Part shown: positions 34,773 to 38,727 of the stretch, one piece after another | How positions within the stretch are numbered: position 1 is the stretch's first letter | Layout: each line of letters begins with the position of its first letter | NCBI GenBank assembly: GCA_016194465.1 | Contig: JACQBO010000006.1 | Location: 1-38,727 of the forward strand | DNA length: 38,727 nucleotides | Origin: Candidatus Kerfeldbacteria bacterium | GTDB taxonomy: Bacteria > Patescibacteriota > Patescibacteriia > SBBC01 > CAIJZX01 | Direction: 5' to 3' | The notes under the pieces: generated by a model | Databases searched by the model: none | What the model saw: the letters and a program-made list of their open reading frames with translations, nothing else | Told to the model about the DNA's origin: nothing | Position numbers and translations under genes: made by a program

Positions 34773-35208
34773 AGTCGAGACGATCTACTTGGTGCAAGCG
34801 GCGCCGATGACGATCGATGGGCCGATACGAAGTCTGCAGCCAGGCCATGACAATTTTTTTCATTTCGGCCAGCGTTTGGAGATCTGCGGCCAGTGATAAG
34901 ACGTTGATATTTTCTTCTCGCCGGGCCCGCCGCGCCAAGGAGACCGTCAAGGCTTGGCTGGCCCGAATCCCGGGAATTTTATTGGCGACCATGGCCATGC
35001 CCACGCCACTGCGACAAATGCCAATCCCAAAACTCCCCGGGGTTTTCCGTACGACTCGTCCGAGCCGCGCCGCCAGCGGTGGGTAGTCGTCATTATGAAG
35101 ACGCTTTGATGGTCCGAGGTCGGTCACCGGCAGGCCACGCCCGCGCAAAAACTTGACCAGTGTTTGTTTGGCCAGCCACCCACCGTGATCAGCCGTTACA
35201 TAGACCAT
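34762..35208 (-). CDS. rpiB: Ribose-5-phosphate isomerase B
   Basis: The start is taken at ATG 35208 (MVYVTADHGGW...). GIGICRSGVGMAMVANK is the RpiB/LacAB signature region. 148 aa. Confidence 0.88.
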   Translation of the reverse strand: MVYVTADHGGWLAKQTLVKFLRGRGLPVTDLGPSKRLHNDDYPPLAARLGRVVRKTPGSFGIGICRSGVGMAMVANKIPGIRASQALTVSLARRARREENINVLSLAADLQTLAEMKKIVMAWLQTSYRPIDRHRRRLHQVDRLDYGR

Positions 35209-35240
35209 GGTGGGAAGTATATCATGCCCGCTCGCCCAGA

Positions 35241-35714
35241 TCATTCTTGCACCACGATCGTCCCCTGGAACGTCGGATTGAGGGCGTCGAGGTGATCGTG
35301 GTACCCCCACCGCCCGACTTTTGTAAAGGTAAAGGTATAACGGTCGTTAGGCGGAATCGTCCCATCGAAGCCGGGCAGATCAGTATCCGCTGGATGTGGG
35401 TTCGAGGCAAGGCGATGCAGTGCGGCATCATTGTTGACAAACGTAACCGTGGTGCCTTTTTTTACGGTCAGAACCTGTGGATCGACTCCGGACGCAGTGA
35501 TCGTGACGGTCGTGCCTTGTTCGGCCTGCCCCGTCGTGAAAGAGCCAGTGGTGACCGAGTTTGTGTCCAGGGCAGCGTTGACGCTCACATTGACTCCCCC
35601 ACCGACAGTGATATTGGTGTTCCGTATGGACCCGGTCGTGGACGCGTGGCAGCCAGCGCCGATGATGGTCAAACTCATCAATCCGAGAGCCAGCAGTGAT
35701 AGTTTATGATGCAT
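35241..35714 (-). CDS. Cupredoxin-fold lipoprotein lacking the type-1 copper Cys ligand
   Basis: The start is taken at ATG 35714, preceded by GGAGG with a 5-nt spacer. Signal plus lipobox-like LMSLTIIGAGC. The C-terminal ~95 aa (VLTVKKGTTVTFVNNDAALH..NPHP..GRWGYHDHL..GTIVV) match the cupredoxin strand pattern. The only Cys is the lipobox Cys. Confidence 0.55.
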   Translation of the reverse strand: MHHKLSLLALGLMSLTIIGAGCHASTTGSIRNTNITVGGGVNVSVNAALDTNSVTTGSFTTGQAEQGTTVTITASGVDPQVLTVKKGTTVTFVNNDAALHRLASNPHPADTDLPGFDGTIPPNDRYTFTFTKVGRWGYHDHLDALNPTFQGTIVVQE

Positions 35715-35730
35715 AGAAGCCTCCAAAAAA

Positions 35731-36360
35731 TTATAAATTCTTAGGGAAATCGTAGTTTTGAGGTGGGGTGATTTTTTCTGCGCCCTGACCGACCACAATC
35801 GCATAGGAATGTCGGTCTCTCATGGTTGTATCCGGCCCACTGGCTACCAGTGTTCCATTATCAAAAACAGTCAGCTGGTGGGCGGCATCGATCTTGGTGT
35901 CGAGCACGGCCTGAGTAGAGAACGTGTTCTTCCACACATGGAAAAAATCTCCCAAGGTAAAATCTTTAGCGCTGGGAGACTCAATATGAATGACCCCGGT
36001 ACTATCGTGGGTGTGCAGTGGGTGCAAACAATGAGCCGCCAGACCCGTGTTAGCCGGAATGTCTTGTGCCTTCCCATCAATCACAATGCTCAGATGGGCA
36101 TGGATATGAAATTTCGTCGCCATGTCGGTGGTACAACTATCAACCAAAGCGAGATCGGCGCGATTGGATGAAGCCTTGGTGGTTGTGGCGCGGCTACTAT
36201 GAAAAATGAGAGGGATCGTGACGGCGCCCCCGACGACCACGACTCCGGCCATGATGTACCATCGCCGCCACCACGACCGGCTCGGCCGCCCCTGTTTTCG
36301 TTCCAGGCGCTTCCGGGCTCGCCGCTCCGCCCTTGTTTCAAAGTGTTCTTCAGTGGTCAT
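35731..36360 (-). CDS. Single-pass membrane protein with His/Cys-rich extracytoplasmic domain, unknown function
   Basis: Basic cytoplasmic tail (RAERRARKRLERKQGRPSRSWWRRW) and one TM segment. KFHIHAHLSIVIDGK...AAHCLHPLHTHDSTGVIHIE then carries 8 His in 45 aa. Confidence 0.5.
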   Translation of the reverse strand: MTTEEHFETRAERRARKRLERKQGRPSRSWWRRWYIMAGVVVVGGAVTIPLIFHSSRATTTKASSNRADLALVDSCTTDMATKFHIHAHLSIVIDGKAQDIPANTGLAAHCLHPLHTHDSTGVIHIESPSAKDFTLGDFFHVWKNTFSTQAVLDTKIDAAHQLTVFDNGTLVASGPDTTMRDRHSYAIVVGQGAEKITPPQNYDFPKNL

Positions 36361-36379
36361 AGATTTCTCAGACGAAGTG

Positions 36380-36685
36380 CTACCGCATCATGGACAACAT
36401 GGTCCGGGCATCGGCGGACATTTTACTCGGGTCCCAGGGTGGTTCAAAGGTCAACTCAATCAATACATCTTTGGCGCCGGTCCCTGTTTTCACCTTCCGC
36501 ACTACTTCTTCGCGAAAATATGGCACGAGTGGACAGCCCGGCGTGGTCAGGGTCATGGTAATCGTGACCACCTCAGCACTAAACGTCACATCGTAAATCA
36601 AGCCGAGGTTGACGACATCAATCCCCAGCTCCGGATCATCGCACGTTTTAAGAATTGAGAGGACATCGGCCTTCGTCGCATGCAT
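36380..36685 (-). CDS. DUF59/MIP18-family Fe-S cluster assembly protein (SufT/PaaD-like)
   Basis: 101 aa. DPELGIDVVNLGLIYDV and ITMTLTTPGCPL are the hallmark of this family. Confidence 0.8.
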   Translation of the reverse strand: MHATKADVLSILKTCDDPELGIDVVNLGLIYDVTFSAEVVTITMTLTTPGCPLVPYFREEVVRKVKTGTGAKDVLIELTFEPPWDPSKMSADARTMLSMMR

Positions 36686-36689
36686 AGGA

Positions 36690-37631
36690 TTAGAGCCTAC
36701 CGTGCTTTTGGTGATGCAGCATCTCTAAGTATTTTTCGGCTTCCAGGGCCGCCATGCAGCCCCAACCGGCAGCACTAATGGCCTGACGGTAGCGGTAATC
36801 TTGCACATCACCGGCCACGAAAATACCGGGGATAGAGGTCATGACCTGATCAGTGACGGCCAGGTATCCACGTTTGTTCACCTGGAGGTACTCCTGGAAC
36901 AAGGCCGTATTCGGCACATGCCCGATCGCCACGAACATTCCTTGGACCTTGAGGTCTTCGGTTGAGTTAGTCACCGTGTTTTTGAGGCGAAGACCGGTTA
37001 CTTTGGTTTCACCCTGGACATCAGCCACTTCGGTTTGCAACCGGAATGAAATTTTTGTATTGGCCTTGGCCCGCGCGACCATAATATTGCTGGCTCGGAG
37101 TGCATCCCCGCGCACCAAGATGGTAATGCTACTCGCAAATTTTGTGAGGTAGAGGGCTTCTTCCATGGCGGCATCCCCGCCCCCCACGACTGCCACGTCT
37201 TTGCCCTTGAAAAAAAATCCGTCGCAGGTGGCGCAGGACGAAACGCCTTTGCCGCGCAGCCGCTGTTCGCTCGGCAGCCCAAGCCAGCGCGTGGCGGCGC
37301 CCGTGGCGATGATGACAGCCTCAGCTTGATAGGCGTCTTTCTCCGCCCAGAGCCAGAACGGTTGCTGGCGGAAATCGACCTTGGTAATCGAAGTTGGGAC
37401 AACCGTCGCCCCAAACCGCTCCGCTTGCTTTTGCATCCGCTCCATCAGTTCCGGCCCCAGAATATCTTCTGGAAACCCGGGAAAGTTGCCGACGTCCGTC
37501 GTATTGATCAGTTGTCCGCCCGGCTCGGGGCCAGCGAACACCAGCGGTTTCCAGCCGGCGCGGGCGGCATAAATCGCCGCGGTATACCCGGCCGGGCCAG
37601 ATCCAAGAATTGCCAGTTTCATTTTCGTCAT
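36690..37631 (-). CDS. trxB: Thioredoxin-disulfide reductase
   Basis: The start is taken at ATG 37631 (MTKMKLAILGSGPAGYTAAIYAARAG). Redox CATCDG, NADPH site VVGGGDAAMEEA, C-terminal GIFVAGDV. Confidence 0.92.
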   Translation of the reverse strand: MTKMKLAILGSGPAGYTAAIYAARAGWKPLVFAGPEPGGQLINTTDVGNFPGFPEDILGPELMERMQKQAERFGATVVPTSITKVDFRQQPFWLWAEKDAYQAEAVIIATGAATRWLGLPSEQRLRGKGVSSCATCDGFFFKGKDVAVVGGGDAAMEEALYLTKFASSITILVRGDALRASNIMVARAKANTKISFRLQTEVADVQGETKVTGLRLKNTVTNSTEDLKVQGMFVAIGHVPNTALFQEYLQVNKRGYLAVTDQVMTSIPGIFVAGDVQDYRYRQAISAAGWGCMAALEAEKYLEMLHHQKHGRL

Positions 37632-37665
37632 GACCTGAGTAGTGTACTGGGCCCGGGCTCTTGGG

Positions 37666-38226
37666 TCAAGACGGCTGCGAGAAACCGGAGCGATACAATA
37701 CGAAGCTGAAAAGAGTGCGGGAAAGACCAAAAATTGTAATGAGTCCTAAGAGCAGGCCAGTCCGGCTCACCGTAGAGGTAAATAAAGCTAGGATATAGAG
37801 TAATGTCAGGAGCATGAATGTACTGGCATATGCGACACGGGTGGCTTTGAGAAGGAGGAGACTTTCTCGTTCATCTTTTAGTGTGTACCCTAGGTTGAGA
37901 AAAACTTCGTGCCACTTCCGACCTCGGCGTTTCCACGTCATTATATTAAAGATCGTGGCAAGTGCGACTCCGGCGAGAACCGGCCAGGGCCGTTCCTTCC
38001 AAATAGTAAAAAGGAAGTTGTCGTTCGATGACCATAAGAAAATGGTCGCGACAAGAAACATCAAGCTCAGTGCCAGCCCGCCTTGCCAATCAAATTTCAG
38101 ATTCGGCTGATTCCACCAACCCTTTCTTCCTTTCGAAAAGATACCGGTCAGATAGATAAAAACACCAATCACCACGATCGGCAAAAGAATTGGTAGAATA
38201 AGATTGAGAAAAATATTGTGCTGCAT
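37666..38226 (-). CDS. Polytopic membrane protein of unknown function, partner of the upstream XRE regulator
   Basis: 4-5 hydrophobic segments and a central KDERESLLLLKATRVAYAS. It starts 8 nt downstream of the XRE gene. GC content is visibly lower than in the neighbours. Confidence 0.55.
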   Translation of the reverse strand: MQHNIFLNLILPILLPIVVIGVFIYLTGIFSKGRKGWWNQPNLKFDWQGGLALSLMFLVATIFLWSSNDNFLFTIWKERPWPVLAGVALATIFNIMTWKRRGRKWHEVFLNLGYTLKDERESLLLLKATRVAYASTFMLLTLLYILALFTSTVSRTGLLLGLITIFGLSRTLFSFVLYRSGFSQPS

Positions 38227-38234
38227 TGATATGC

Positions 38235-38438
38235 TTATGATTTGATAAATACTTCCTCGACCGGAAGCTGGAAAGTTTTAGCAATATTCATCCCGAGTAA
38301 TAGCGACGGCGAATACTCCCCTTTTTCGATGGCCAGAATCGTTTGCCGGGTGACACCGACTTTCTGCGCCAGGTCTTCCTGAGTCAGATGATGCTTGGCC
38401 CGAAGTTCTTTGACCCGATTTTGGATTTCCACAGGCAT
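38235..38438 (-). CDS. Small XRE-family helix-turn-helix transcriptional regulator
   Basis: 67 aa. LRAKHHLTQEDLAQKVGVTRQTILAIEKGEYSPSLLLGMNIAKTF is a canonical Cro/C1 HTH. Confidence 0.88.
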   Translation of the reverse strand: MPVEIQNRVKELRAKHHLTQEDLAQKVGVTRQTILAIEKGEYSPSLLLGMNIAKTFQLPVEEVFIKS

Positions 38439-38446
38439 AAACTAAT

Positions 38447-38470
38447 TGTAAAGTTTACATTACATAATGT
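38447..38470. promoter_or_regulatory. Two overlapping palindromes, candidate XRE operator
   Basis: TGTAAAgTTTACA (38447-38459) and ACATTAcaTAATGT (38457-38470). They lie between the candidate -10 and the XRE start codon. Confidence 0.4.
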
Positions 38471-38472
38471 CA

Positions 38473-38481
38473 AGTATAGCA
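38473..38481 (-). promoter_or_regulatory. Extended -10 element for the XRE operon
   Basis: The reverse complement reads TGcTATACT, 34 nt upstream of the ATG at 38438. Confidence 0.4.
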
Positions 38482-38561
38482 TACATCTTTGGCTTTTTTT
38501 AGCTAACTTCATGATAAAAAAACTTGTTCACAACCAGGAAATAGGAGAATCCTTTAATATT

Positions 38562-38570
38562 TGCTATACT
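38562..38570 (+). promoter_or_regulatory. Extended -10 element for the HU gene
   Basis: TGcTATACT lies 38 nt upstream of the ATG at 38609. AAGGA (38595-99) serves as the Shine-Dalgarno site. No good -35 is present. Confidence 0.4.
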
Positions 38571-38608
38571 TGCCCTTGGAATTATTCATTTACTAAGGAA
38601 AAACGCCT

Positions 38609-38727
38609 ATGGCAGAAAAACCCATGAGCAAGTCGGCCCTGATCGCCTACTTGGCTGAGAAGTCGAATATGAGCAAGAAAGATGTGACGACGATGTGGGA
38701 ACTGATCGTGGACACGGCCTACAAGCA
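38609..38727 (+). CDS. hup: HU/IHF-family DNA-binding protein, 3' end cut by window edge
   Basis: Not in the ORF track because it is truncated. It reads MAEKPMSKSALIAYLAEKSNMSKKDVTTMWELIVDTAYK, the HU N-terminal helix-turn-helix arm pattern. There is an in-frame stop at 38594-96 upstream and a Shine-Dalgarno site 9 nt before the ATG. Confidence 0.75.
   Translation, partial: MAEKPMSKSALIAYLAEKSNMSKKDVTTMWELIVDTAYK

Noticed and set aside
35730-35735. A perfect TATAAT on the minus strand just upstream of the cupredoxin gene, considered as an internal promoter.
   Set aside because: It overlaps the upstream stop codon. It would place the transcription start inside the GGAGG Shine-Dalgarno site only about 8 nt from the ATG, and there is no -35 or TG extension. 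It is probably a by-product of the AT-rich stop region.
38343-38627. A 94-aa ORF running through the XRE start, the whole intergenic region and the HU start. It includes an internal 38-aa peptide from ATG 38511 with a CYTCPW motif.
   Set aside because: It spans AT-rich promoter DNA, overlaps two better-supported genes and their control elements, and has no Shine-Dalgarno site or recognisable fold. It is most likely a chance open frame.
1-38727. Alternative genetic code (UGA recoding as in some candidate phyla), CRISPR arrays, transposases/integrases, prophage or defence genes.
   Set aside because: TGA terminates conserved proteins at their expected C-termini (mrdA 13973-75, lysS 16037-39, def 28255-57, fba 33261-63). 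All conserved genes are intact under the standard code. No spaced direct repeats, no recombinase-like ORFs and no nuclease/ATPase defence-type genes were seen.

Overview
This is a densely packed bacterial chromosomal segment of about 40 CDS, with no intergenic gap longer than about 170 nt. It uses the standard genetic code: TGA acts as a stop at conserved C-termini of mrdA, lysS and def. I found no rRNA, tRNA, CRISPR array, transposase or integrase. The layout is as follows. (A) + strand 1-13975: GT2, GT2, DUF4012-like, an extra MreB paralogue, GT4, holB, Asp-box propeller, frr, rseP, mreB-mreC-mreD-mrdA, all with gaps of 21 nt or less. (B) + strand 14047-19945: greA, then the translationally coupled lysS, HD hydrolase, serS, alr and an FtsQ-like gene. 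(C) - strand 23672-20046: GT26 (WecG/TagA-like), gltX, coiled-coil M23 peptidase. (D) + strand 23713-29192: secreted repeat protein, LigB-like protein, a PriA homologue with degenerate helicase motifs, def, fmt. (E) - strand 38438-29189: XRE regulator, membrane protein, trxB, DUF59, His-rich membrane protein, Cys-less cupredoxin lipoprotein, rpiB, rpe-like, class II fba, PfkB kinase, archaeal-type AMP phosphorylase, processive GT2 synthase. A 5' fragment of an HU gene follows at 38609. The gene content suggests a reduced-genome lineage such as CPR/Patescibacteria: archaeal-type AMP phosphorylase, DUF4012, frr abutting rseP without uppS/cdsA, and extreme operon packing with few Shine-Dalgarno sites. 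This placement is inference only. I see no obvious defence island or mobile system. The best candidates for new biology are the P-loop-less PriA, the MreB paralogue embedded in a glycosyltransferase/DUF4012 operon, the Cys-less cupredoxin plus His-rich membrane protein pair, the AMP phosphorylase/sugar-phosphate operon, a secreted four-repeat protein, and recurring promoter-like elements placed for leaderless mRNAs.
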